This document shows positions 51,671 to 59,954 of a stretch of 64,000 bases of DNA, in pieces; positions within the stretch are counted from its first letter, which is position 1, and each line of letters begins with the position of its first letter. The notes beneath the pieces are model-generated. The model was given only the letters and a program-made list of their open reading frames with translations. It had not been told where the DNA came from and ran no database searches. The stretch spans positions 16,071-80,070 of the forward strand of contig OMZR01000001.1 in NCBI GenBank assembly GCA_900315575.1, given 5' to 3'. This DNA is from an uncultured Veillonellaceae bacterium. GTDB lineage: Bacteria; Bacillota; Negativicutes; Selenomonadales; Selenomonadaceae. A program made the translations under genes and the position numbers.

Positions 51671-52304
51671 TCTCCTCACGAAAGCGCTCGGCGAGACCGT
51701 CTACATGGTCGCCGTCTCGATGATCATCGCGACGCTCCTCGGCGTGCCGCTCGGCGTGCTTTTGCAGACGACGAAAAAAGGCGGTATCCTAGAAGCGCCG
51801 GCGCTCAACAAGGCCGTCGGCGGCGTCGTCAATGCCGTGCGTTCCATCCCGTTCATCATCCTCATGGTCGCCATCATCCCGTTCACGCGCCTCATCGTCG
51901 GCAGCGCGATCGGCACGACGGCCGCCATGGTCCCGCTCGTCATCGCCGCCATCCCGTTCATCGGGCGGCAGGTCGAGACGAGCCTGACGGAAGTGCCGTA
52001 CGGCCTCGTCGAAGCCGCGCTCTCCATGGGGGCAACGCCGGTGCAGATCATCCGGCGCGTGCTGTTGCCGGAGGCCATGCCAAGCATCATCCAGCAGCTC
52101 ACGACGGTCGTCATCAGCCTCGTCGGCGAGTCCGCAATGGCGGGCGCGATCGGCGGCGGCGGCCTCGGCGACCTCGCCATCCGCTACGGCTACCAGCGCT
52201 TCCGTCCCGATGTCATGATCGCGACGGTCATCATCCTCATCGTGCTCGTACAGCTCGTACAGTTTCTCGGCAATCTCCTCGCAAAGAGGTTGAATAAAAA
52301 ATAA
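51651..52304 (+). CDS. metI: methionine ABC transporter permease
   Basis: RSIPFIILMVAIIPFTRLIVG, EAALSMGATPVQII. Overlaps metN. Confidence 0.9.
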   Translation: MSAGMVDLLTKALGETVYMVAVSMIIATLLGVPLGVLLQTTKKGGILEAPALNKAVGGVVNAVRSIPFIILMVAIIPFTRLIVGSAIGTTAAMVPLVIAAIPFIGRQVETSLTEVPYGLVEAALSMGATPVQIIRRVLLPEAMPSIIQQLTTVVISLVGESAMAGAIGGGGLGDLAIRYGYQRFRPDVMIATVIILIVLVQLVQFLGNLLAKRLNKK

Positions 52305-52332
52305 TTTCAGGGTCAAAAGGGAGGAAGTATTT

Positions 52333-53184
52333 ATGAAGAAAGTTTTCGCACTCATCGCGACGCTCGCCCTTGCCGCGTTCGCTTTCGCCGGCTGCGGCGG
52401 GCAGCAGGCGGCGACGAGCTCCAGCTCCGGTTCGGGCTCGACGGTCACGTCGTCCTCGGGCGCCAAGACGCTCAAAGTCGGCGCAACGGCTGTGCCGCAT
52501 GCCGAAATTCTCGAGCAGGCGAAGCCGCTGCTCGCCAAGGAGGGCATCGATCTCCAGATCGTCGAATTCAACGACTACGTCCAGCCGAACCTCGCGCTCA
52601 ACGACAAGGAGCTCGACGCCAATTACTTCCAGCATGAGCCGTACCTGAAGAACTTCATGGACGAGCACAAGGAAGTCAAGCTCAAGAACGCCGCCGGCGT
52701 CCACATCGAGCCGATGGGCATCTACTCCCATAAAGTCAAGAAGCTCGACGAGCTCAAGGACGGCGCGTCCATCGCCATCCCGAACGACCCGACGAATGGC
52801 GGCCGTTCGCTGCTCCTGCTCGAGAAGGCCGGCCTCTTGAAGCTCAAAGCCGGCGTTGGCGAGAAAGCCACGGTGCAGGACATTGTCGAGAATCCGAAGA
52901 ACCTCAAGTTCCAGGAAGTCGAAGCTGCCCAGGTGCCGCGCACGCTGGATGACGTCGATGCGGCCATCATCAACTCGAACTTCGCGATGCAGGTGCCCCT
53001 CGATCCGACGAAGGACGCTCTGTTCATCGAGGACAGCACGAGCCCGTACGTCAACATCATCGCCGTCCGCGAAGGTGATGAGAACCGCCCGGAGATCCAG
53101 GCGCTCATCAAAGTCCTCCACAGCGACGAGATCAAGAACTTCATCAACGAGAAATACAAAGGTGCCGTCGTTCCGGCATTCTGA
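52333..53184 (+). CDS. metQ: MetQ/NlpA family lipoprotein (methionine-binding)
   Basis: Lipobox AFAFAGCG. LKVGATAVPHAEILE, FNDYVQPNLAL, ANYFQH, IAIPNDPTNGGR. Confidence 0.9.
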   Translation: MKKVFALIATLALAAFAFAGCGGQQAATSSSSGSGSTVTSSSGAKTLKVGATAVPHAEILEQAKPLLAKEGIDLQIVEFNDYVQPNLALNDKELDANYFQHEPYLKNFMDEHKEVKLKNAAGVHIEPMGIYSHKVKKLDELKDGASIAIPNDPTNGGRSLLLLEKAGLLKLKAGVGEKATVQDIVENPKNLKFQEVEAAQVPRTLDDVDAAIINSNFAMQVPLDPTKDALFIEDSTSPYVNIIAVREGDENRPEIQALIKVLHSDEIKNFINEKYKGAVVPAF

Positions 53185-53201
53185 GCCGCTGCTTGCAGCA
53201 C

Positions 53202-53231
53202 GGAGCTCCCTCTTTGCGAGGGAGCTTTTTG
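53202..53231 (+). terminator. rho-independent terminator after metQ
   Basis: GAGCTCCCTC-TTTGC-GAGGGAGCT followed by TTTTT. Confidence 0.7.
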
Positions 53232-53393
53232 TGTTTGTGGACGGTCTGCACCTCACAGCATGTACTTCGATAGAACAAGGACGTTATGTATACATAAAAA
53301 GACATATTGACAAGAAAACCCACTTTTGTTAGAATATGCCATAGAAAAAAGAGCATAAAGAATATCCTTTACAGAAAAAAGAAAGTCTCTATC

Positions 53394-53549
53394 ATGGAAA
53401 AGAAAAACTTTACGGCCGCAAGCGTCCTTGTCGCCATGCTCATTGCCTCTGGTCATTTCATCCCAGCTACAGTCCGCGAGGGTGCCGGCACGGGCCAGCA
53501 GATGACGGAGACGGATCCCTGCCTGGCCAATACGCCCGAGCAGGCATGA
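53394..53549 (+). CDS. possible small exported peptide (51 aa)
   Basis: MEKKNFTAASVLVAMLIASGHFIP.. has a hydrophobic N-terminus. It is followed by the hairpin CCCTC-TTTT-GAGGG plus a T-run (53594..53616). Support is weak. Confidence 0.3.
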   Translation: MEKKNFTAASVLVAMLIASGHFIPATVREGAGTGQQMTETDPCLANTPEQA

Positions 53550-53627
53550 CGGCAGCCATGGGAGGAGCCATCTGACGAACGTGCCATCTTTTGTCCCTCT
53601 TTTGAGGGGCTTTTTTCATATTGCCTC

Positions 53628-53656
53628 TTGACATGTTCTATGGTCTCTGGTAAATT
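53628..53656 (+). promoter_or_regulatory. sigma-70-type promoter upstream of the ten-gene secreted-protein operon
   Basis: TTGACA (53628..53633), 17 nt, TAAATT (53651..53656). Confidence 0.5.
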
Positions 53657-53773
53657 TAATGGATATAGGAGACAGATGTCCTTTCAAACAAGAATTCCAC
53701 TGTTTTTGTGACATTCTTTGAAAAAACGACATCAAAAGGTTAGGAAGAAACAAAAACGAAGGGGATCATCATC

Positions 53774-54565
53774 ATGGAAGAAAAAATGAAGAAACGGATG
53801 TTTTCTGGAATGCTCGTAGCGGCCGTTGCCGTTGCGGGGCAGTTCGTCCAGCCGCAGGCGGGGATGCCTGCGGTCGGCATGCAGCAGGCGGAAGCCTTCA
53901 GCCTCGGCGGTGCGCTGGGCAGCGTCCTCAATGCGGTGTTCCAGCTCGACATGGGCAGCATGCAGAGCCATCAGCAGAGCCTGATGAAGAATCTCGCCTG
54001 GGCGGCACAGCTCGAAGCCGTTTCGGCGGAGCGCTGGGGTCATGTCGCGAATGTCGATACGGCGCGCGCAGCCGCTGCTTCGAACAGCGCGAAGGCGTTC
54101 CTCCAGAACGGCGACTATTCCCTGCCGAAATTCAAGGCATTCCATTCGTCGTTCGCATCGAACATCGCGCTTTCCGATGGCGACAAGACGCAGATGACGA
54201 CGTCGCTCGACAACCTGATGACGGACAAGGACAAGCTGACGACGGAGCAGAACACGCAGTACGTCACGGAGGCAAAGAAAGCGCGCCGCATGGCGGCAAC
54301 GTATAACGCGCTGGCGGCCAAAGATGCGGCCTACATCATCCATGGCGCCGTGAAGGCATTCGCGAGCGGCAATCTCGGCGACCAGCTTTCGGCTGTGCAG
54401 AGCATGGCTGATGTTGCGAAGGAAGCTCAGTCCTTCCTGAAGCTTCAGCGGGACGTTTCGAAGGAGCGCGCCAATCTGACGCAGAAAGCCGAAAAAGCCA
54501 TGAACGTCAAGGATCCGAGCGACAAGGATGCGAAAGCATACGCAAAAAGCCTCGGCATGGAATAA
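53774..54565 (+). CDS. secreted, predicted alpha-helical protein, paralog 1 (unknown family)
   Basis: Signal MKKRMFSGMLVAAVAVAGQ. Shares the blocks LAWAAQLEAVSAERWG, ASNSAKAFLQNGDYSL, KDKLTTEQNTQYVTEAKKARRMAATYNALA, SKERANLTQKAEKAMNVKDP and a C-terminal SLGME with the next gene. Confidence 0.75.
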   Translation: MEEKMKKRMFSGMLVAAVAVAGQFVQPQAGMPAVGMQQAEAFSLGGALGSVLNAVFQLDMGSMQSHQQSLMKNLAWAAQLEAVSAERWGHVANVDTARAAAASNSAKAFLQNGDYSLPKFKAFHSSFASNIALSDGDKTQMTTSLDNLMTDKDKLTTEQNTQYVTEAKKARRMAATYNALAAKDAAYIIHGAVKAFASGNLGDQLSAVQSMADVAKEAQSFLKLQRDVSKERANLTQKAEKAMNVKDPSDKDAKAYAKSLGME

Positions 54566-54603
54566 GATTTCGGACGAAAGAAAAAAGAAGATCGGTTCAA
54601 ATA

Positions 54604-54645
54604 GGAGAAACGTCTTGACATCTGGACGTTTCTCCTTTAAAATTT
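54604..54645 (+). terminator. intrinsic terminator/attenuator hairpin between the two paralogs
   Basis: GGAGAAACGTC (54604..54614) / GACGTTTCTCC (54625..54635), perfect 11 bp, followed by TTTAAAATTT. Confidence 0.6.
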
Positions 54646-54689
54646 ACAGTGAAAAAAGTTCTTTTTGAGTGAAGATAGGAGTCTTGGTC

Positions 54690-55541
54690 ATGAAGAAGAA
54701 AAACATGGTTGTTTCCGGCGTCCTCGCAGCTGTTGTTGCAGTTTCCGGGCAGTTCGTCCAGGTTGGCCAGGGAAATGGCATCCACTTCGGCACGCAGAGC
54801 GCGGCGGCCTTCGGCCTCAAGATGCCGAAGATCAAGACGGGCATTTCGTCCGTGGATGACCAGGCAAACAAGGCTGCCAAGCAGACGGCGGAAAACGCTG
54901 TGAAAAAGGCGTTCAACGTTGACATCTCGAGCATGGGCAACCGCAAGCAGGATATGCTGAAGCACCTCGCATGGGCAGCACGCCTCGAAGCTGTCTCGGC
55001 CGATCGCTGGGGCAAGGTCGCAGGCACGGATACGGCAGAAGCACAGGCCGCTTCGAACAGCGCGCAGGCATTCCTCGCGAACGGGGACTTCTCTCTTTCG
55101 ACGTTCAAGAACTTCAGCTCGAACTACCAGTCGAAGATGAAGCTTTCCGATAATCAGAAACAGGCCTATGCGGCGCTGGACAAGGCACTCGTTTCGGAGA
55201 AAGACAAGCTGACGACGGAGCAGAACAAGACATATGTGACGGATGCAAAGAAAGCCCGCAAGATGGCTGCCGTCTACAATGCGCTGGCGGTGCGTGATGC
55301 CGGCCTGCTGCTCTCGGATACGGCAAAAGCGCTCGCGCACAAGTCGGATCTCGGCAGCCAGCTCGATGAAGTGCAGGAGCTTGCTTCGTTCGCCAATGAG
55401 GCAAAATCGTTTGTCGATGCGCAGAAGAAGATTTCGAAGGAGCGTGCCGATCTGACGAAGAAAGCCGAGAAGGCCATGAATGTCAAGGAGCCGACGGAGC
55501 AGGAGAACAAGGATTTCGCCAAGACGCTCGGCATGGAATAA
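54690..55541 (+). CDS. secreted, predicted alpha-helical protein, paralog 2 (unknown family)
   Basis: Signal MKKKNMVVSGVLAAVVAVSGQ. The shared blocks are listed under paralog 1. RBS AGGAG lies 8 nt upstream of the ATG at 54690. Confidence 0.75.
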   Translation: MKKKNMVVSGVLAAVVAVSGQFVQVGQGNGIHFGTQSAAAFGLKMPKIKTGISSVDDQANKAAKQTAENAVKKAFNVDISSMGNRKQDMLKHLAWAARLEAVSADRWGKVAGTDTAEAQAASNSAQAFLANGDFSLSTFKNFSSNYQSKMKLSDNQKQAYAALDKALVSEKDKLTTEQNKTYVTDAKKARKMAAVYNALAVRDAGLLLSDTAKALAHKSDLGSQLDEVQELASFANEAKSFVDAQKKISKERADLTKKAEKAMNVKEPTEQENKDFAKTLGME

Positions 55542-55562
55542 TGCTTTGGAGGGGCCAGAACG

Positions 55563-56726
55563 ATGAAACGAAATCTTTGGAAACGGTGTGCGATGGCCCT
55601 TGCCTGCTGCGTGCTCGCCGCGTTCCCGCTGACGGCCGATGCCGCGCAGAAGGAACTCCCGACAGTCAACTGGGCACCGAATGTCTTCACGGTTGGCGAG
55701 ACGTCGGATGAGAGCCTGCTCTCCGTGCCAGGCACGACGGGCAAGGTCGCAAGCGCGATTACGGAGCGCCTCGAAACGCTTTCAAAAGCAGGGAAGCTGC
55801 CATTCGCACTCAAGACCGACAGTGCGGCGGGCGATCTGCAGGCGGTGTCGGATGACACGGCGATCTCGATCCAGCCGTTCTCCGTGCTCGATGCCTCGTT
55901 TGACAGCCAGATGACGGTCAACGGCAAGAACGTCTATCATGCGCTGATCCTCAGTGCGCTCGACGTCTCCGTCGTCAGCCGCTATGAAGAGGATGGCAAG
56001 GAAGAATATCGCATGCTCGGCATGGTGCCGCTCCACGTCGCGGGCGAGATCACACAGATGACGCCGATCACGGCACAGCAGAAAGCGGACAAGTATGCAG
56101 AAATCACCCAGGCGGCCATCGCCTCGGATCTCGATTTCAGCAAGAATCCAAAACTCTTCAAGAACCTTGAAGAGCGCATGCTGAGTCCGGACGAGGATAC
56201 GTGGCAGGTCTCTGATGTCGCCATGAGCTCGAAGAAGGCGCAGACCGTCTATGGCAGCCAGCAGGACAAGCTGCGCCGCCTTGTCGCCGCCTTTGCGGCC
56301 GCGAGCTTCCAGCAGGCGACGTCGAAGACCGTCCTGCCGTCGCCGATTGAGACGGGCCATTATGCAAAGAGCGTCGAAGCCAATATGAACGCCTTCACGA
56401 TCAGCAGCGCGCTCGGCAAGAAAACGCTGACGATCCCGCAGGCAAAGCACCAGATCGCGCTCGACATCTGCGGCGTGAACAGCGGCGTCATGGACGAAGA
56501 TAAGTCCGATGTCCTGCGCCATGTCATGTACAAGGCATGGCTCCGTGCACGTCCGGCACAGGATGCGCCGGGCTCATCGTCGGAAAAGACGCTCGACGCC
56601 AACAAGGTCGTGCGCGAGTCGAAGACGGAGAACGTACAGTTCAGCAGCAATCCTATCGACATTTATTCTGCGCTCTACATCGACCTCTCGACCCGTATCG
56701 GGTCGCAGGTGAAAGCGAAGAAATAA
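55563..56726 (+). CDS. secreted protein, unknown family
   Basis: Signal MKRNLWKRCAMALACCVLAAFPLTADA. RBS GGAGGGG. 21-nt gap to the upstream gene. Confidence 0.7.
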   Translation: MKRNLWKRCAMALACCVLAAFPLTADAAQKELPTVNWAPNVFTVGETSDESLLSVPGTTGKVASAITERLETLSKAGKLPFALKTDSAAGDLQAVSDDTAISIQPFSVLDASFDSQMTVNGKNVYHALILSALDVSVVSRYEEDGKEEYRMLGMVPLHVAGEITQMTPITAQQKADKYAEITQAAIASDLDFSKNPKLFKNLEERMLSPDEDTWQVSDVAMSSKKAQTVYGSQQDKLRRLVAAFAAASFQQATSKTVLPSPIETGHYAKSVEANMNAFTISSALGKKTLTIPQAKHQIALDICGVNSGVMDEDKSDVLRHVMYKAWLRARPAQDAPGSSSEKTLDANKVVRESKTENVQFSSNPIDIYSALYIDLSTRIGSQVKAKK

Positions 56727-56739
56727 AGGGGGCAGTCCT

Positions 56740-57894
56740 ATGAAATCATTTGCACGGCCGTTTGCGGCCCTTGCCGCCTGCGTGCTGCTCAGTGCAGCAC
56801 CGGCACTCTGCTCGGCAGAGATCGTCGAGGGACAGGCCCCCATCATCGACGGCAACGTGGATCAGGCCCGCTATGCCGCGCGCCAGGATGCCATGCGCAC
56901 CTACGTCGAAGGAAAGGTCGGCGTCCACGTCCAGAGCTCGACGGAAGTCGATATGGGCATGGTCGTCTCCGACCGTATCCTCACGAACTCGAACGGCTAC
57001 GTACAGCTGAAACGTATCGTCGACGAGAAGCAGGCGGGCGGCATCTATATCGTCCATCTCGATCTCGATGCCGATACGCACCTCATGGAGACGGCGGTCG
57101 CTGATGTCCAGTCGCGCCTCGAGGCACTCGAAGCCAACTCGTCGCGTTCTGGCGTTTCCGTTGCCGTTGGTGGCGTGGATGAGAATGGACGGTTTGAATC
57201 CGTGCCAAAGATCAACAACTACGTTCGCGGAATGATGGAAGACAAGGGCTTCTATGCCGTGACGAATGATGGCGTGCTCCAGTACATGGCAACGCACCGC
57301 GACCTTGACGACCCGAATGCGCTCGTCGAGATCCGCCAGCTCGCCCGCCAGTATCGTGAGGCGGAGAATTCGCTTCTGCGCGGTACGCTCTCGACGCAGA
57401 GCATTACGCGGCAGGGCGGCTCGTATGTTGCCGTCGTCCATGCCTCATTCGAGCTCATCGGCCTCGACAACAACGACTCGAACAGCTTTGCGAACTACTT
57501 CACGGCCTCAGCCTCGTCGCCCGTCGGCGCGAAGCAGAAAGCCCAGGAAATGGCTGTGCGGGAAGCTGTGAATTCCCTCGGACAGAAAGCGCTCAAGACG
57601 GATCAGCGCGAGAACCGTGGCGGCGTTCACCACATCAAGACGATGCTGGCCTTCACGAATCTCGGCGATCCGGCTGGACGCGCAAAGCAGATCCTTGCGG
57701 CGCTCTCGAACTTGGGCATCCATGTCATCCGCTCCGGCCTCACGAGCAACGGCGGTTTCCAGGCCTTCATTGATGCGACACAGTATCAGGACACGGGCGC
57801 ACTGCAGGAAGCGATCACCCAGAGCCTCGGCTGCACGTCGATGATGGATGAGGGCGCTTCGATCGGCAGCTCGAAGATGCAGTTCACATTCTGA
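56740..57894 (+). CDS. secreted three-module protein, FlgT-like architecture (LPP20/FlgT_N-like N-domain, CsgG/LpoB-like middle, alpha/beta C-domain)
   Basis: Signal MKSFARPFAALAACVLLSAAPALCSA. N-module GNVDQARYAARQDAMRTYVEGKVGVHVQSSTEV...NGYVQLKRIVDEKQAGGIYIVHLDLDAD. Middle VSVAVGGVDENGRF..NYVRGMMEDKGFYAV...YVAVVHASFELIG. The gene call is strong; the family call is by motif pattern only. Confidence 0.55.
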   Translation: MKSFARPFAALAACVLLSAAPALCSAEIVEGQAPIIDGNVDQARYAARQDAMRTYVEGKVGVHVQSSTEVDMGMVVSDRILTNSNGYVQLKRIVDEKQAGGIYIVHLDLDADTHLMETAVADVQSRLEALEANSSRSGVSVAVGGVDENGRFESVPKINNYVRGMMEDKGFYAVTNDGVLQYMATHRDLDDPNALVEIRQLARQYREAENSLLRGTLSTQSITRQGGSYVAVVHASFELIGLDNNDSNSFANYFTASASSPVGAKQKAQEMAVREAVNSLGQKALKTDQRENRGGVHHIKTMLAFTNLGDPAGRAKQILAALSNLGIHVIRSGLTSNGGFQAFIDATQYQDTGALQEAITQSLGCTSMMDEGASIGSSKMQFTF

Positions 57895-57913
57895 GGCCGT
57901 TGGAGGGATGGAT

Positions 57914-58780
57914 ATGAAGAAATGGAAATGCGCCCTTGCGGCGCTCGTGCTCGGCGCGGGCAGCTTCCTGTCCCTGCCGGCACCGCCCGCCGAAGCGGCC
58001 GCTTCGCTCTTCACCGTCTGCGGCGAAGCTGCGGATGGCAAGAAGGACACAGCTGTGCGCGACGCGCAGAAGAAAGCCGTGCGCAAAGTCCTCAGCCAGC
58101 TCATGACGGAAGACAACCCGCAGTTTGCCTCCCTGCTCGCAAACTACCGCTCGTATGCGGCCGAGCCGCAGGTCTTCAACAAGAAATCGCAAGGCGGCAA
58201 GCTCCTGCTCTTTTCCAAAGTGCCGGTCGATGTCGATGCGATCAAGACCGCGATCAGCAACGCCAATGAGGCAAAGCAGGAGCGCCACAGCGACCAGACA
58301 GCCTATTTCCTCGTGCGTGTCACGGGCCTGCCTGCGAATGGCGACGATGCGAAAGGCCAGGCACAGGTCGTGAAGACGTACAATGACACGTTCGCCCGTC
58401 TCGGCTTTGAGACCGGCACGCTCGATGCCGTTTTCAACGCGCTCGCGCCGTATCGCGAGACGCCTTACGATGCGTTCTACCAGCAGATGGTGCAGCGCGT
58501 CGAGACGGATCCCGATTTCATGGCCGTCACGATGGCCGTTGTCGGCGAGATTGCCGTCACGGGGAAATCCCATGACGCAAACGGTTTCACACGCGAAGTC
58601 AGCGTCCGCGTCGATGCGTATGACGTTCTCGCGAAGAAACGGATTGCTTCCTACAGCGACGTCTACGAGCTCTGGAACAAAGACCCGAAGCTCGCCGACC
58701 AGATGCTGCTCGACAAAGCGGCCGTCAACTCCGCTCGCGCCATCGCCGACCAGACATCGACGTATTGGCAGAAGCGGTGA
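57914..58780 (+). CDS. secreted two-module protein (LPP20/FlgT_N-like plus CsgG/LpoB-like pattern)
   Basis: Signal MKKWKCALAALVLGAGSFLSLPAPPAEA. GKKDTAVRDAQKKAVRKVLSQL...GGKLLLFSKVPVDVD. Then AYFLVRVTGL..FARLGFET...MAVVGEIAV...REVSVRVDAYDVLAKKRIAS. Confidence 0.5.
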   Translation: MKKWKCALAALVLGAGSFLSLPAPPAEAAASLFTVCGEAADGKKDTAVRDAQKKAVRKVLSQLMTEDNPQFASLLANYRSYAAEPQVFNKKSQGGKLLLFSKVPVDVDAIKTAISNANEAKQERHSDQTAYFLVRVTGLPANGDDAKGQAQVVKTYNDTFARLGFETGTLDAVFNALAPYRETPYDAFYQQMVQRVETDPDFMAVTMAVVGEIAVTGKSHDANGFTREVSVRVDAYDVLAKKRIASYSDVYELWNKDPKLADQMLLDKAAVNSARAIADQTSTYWQKR

Positions 58781-58899
58781 ACCCGATAAAATTTCGGCAG
58801 GAATGCTAGACATATTCCGTCTGGCTACCTATAATATAAGAGTGAGAAAAGTCTCTACCGCTCCTGCTCGCAGGAGAAAAAACAAGGAGGTTGTATCCT

Positions 58900-59859
58900 A
58901 TGAAGTGTGTTTCCCGCATGATGACGGCGCTGCTTGCAGCTGCGCTGCTCATCGTCATGACGGCAGCGAGCGCGTTCGCTGCAGATTCCGGCGTTGACTG
59001 GTCGGAACAGAAGATCGTGGTGCAGGGCATGGGCGTCGCTCCGACGAATGCCCGCACGGCATCGCAGGCATACATGCTTGCACGCCGCGCAGCCATGGTG
59101 GATGGCTATCGCCAGATCGCTGAGTCCGTCAAGGGCGTCAATGTCGATTCGGAATCGACGGTCGAGAACATGATGGTCACGAGCGATGTCACGAAGACGA
59201 AGGTCTCGGCTCTCATCAAGGGCGCGCGCGTCATCTCCGAGCAGAAGACGGCAGATGGCGGCGTCATCCTGACGATGGAAGTTCCTCTCTTCGGTGTTTC
59301 GGATTCCCTCGCAAGCGCTGTCTTTGAGAAGCCTGCCCAGCAGGAGAGCTTCCCGCAGCCGGTTGCGAATGTCGCTCCGAGCATGCCGACGACGGTCGAT
59401 GTCCATGTCCAGGTTGGCACGGGCGCAACGACGCCGAGCACGCCGTCCGCCACGGTGCCGAGCACGACGCCGGCTGCGACGGTCCCGGCAACGACGGGTT
59501 CTTCGGCAGCACCGGCTCCGACGGGCAAGGCCATCGGCGGCTACACGGGCCTCATCGTGGATTGCCGCGGCCTCGGCCTCAAGCCGGCTATGAGCCCGGT
59601 CATCAAGAATGCGAATGGCCAGGCCATCTATGGCTACAAGAACCTCAACTATGACAAGGTCGTCTCCGGCGGCATGGCTGGCTACACGACGGATATGGGC
59701 CGCGCATCCCGCGCTGGTTCGAACCCGCTCGTCGTCAAGGCTGTGAGCCTCGATGGCGGTGCAAACCCGGTCCTCTCGGTTGCTGACGCAAACCGCGTCC
59801 TCATCGAGAACGGTGCTTCGGGCTTCCTCGATGCGACGAATGTTGTCTTCGTCCGCTGA
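58900..59859 (+). CDS. LPP20-family-like secreted protein with Thr/Pro/Ala-rich linker and a conserved C-terminal domain
   Basis: Signal MKCVSRMMTALLAAALLIVMTAASAFA. QGMGVAPTNARTASQAYMLARRAAMVDGYRQIAESVKGVNVDSESTVENMMVTSD...GARVISEQKTADGGVILTMEVPL. Linker TTPSTPSATVPSTTPAATVPATTGSSAAPAPTG. Confidence 0.6.
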   Translation: MKCVSRMMTALLAAALLIVMTAASAFAADSGVDWSEQKIVVQGMGVAPTNARTASQAYMLARRAAMVDGYRQIAESVKGVNVDSESTVENMMVTSDVTKTKVSALIKGARVISEQKTADGGVILTMEVPLFGVSDSLASAVFEKPAQQESFPQPVANVAPSMPTTVDVHVQVGTGATTPSTPSATVPSTTPAATVPATTGSSAAPAPTGKAIGGYTGLIVDCRGLGLKPAMSPVIKNANGQAIYGYKNLNYDKVVSGGMAGYTTDMGRASRAGSNPLVVKAVSLDGGANPVLSVADANRVLIENGASGFLDATNVVFVR

Positions 59860-59954
59860 GGCAGTGACAGAATTCCAGAGGAAACAGGAAACCTCGCCTG
59901 CGGGCGGGGCTTTCCTTTTATCTGGACATCTTTTTTAGAAATGGGGAATTTTCA

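Noticed and set aside
53307-53393. Upstream part of ORF 53307..53549
   Set aside because: This part has no RBS and odd composition. Only the internal start at 53394 (MEKKNFTAASVLV..) is even weakly plausible, and that too is kept at low confidence.
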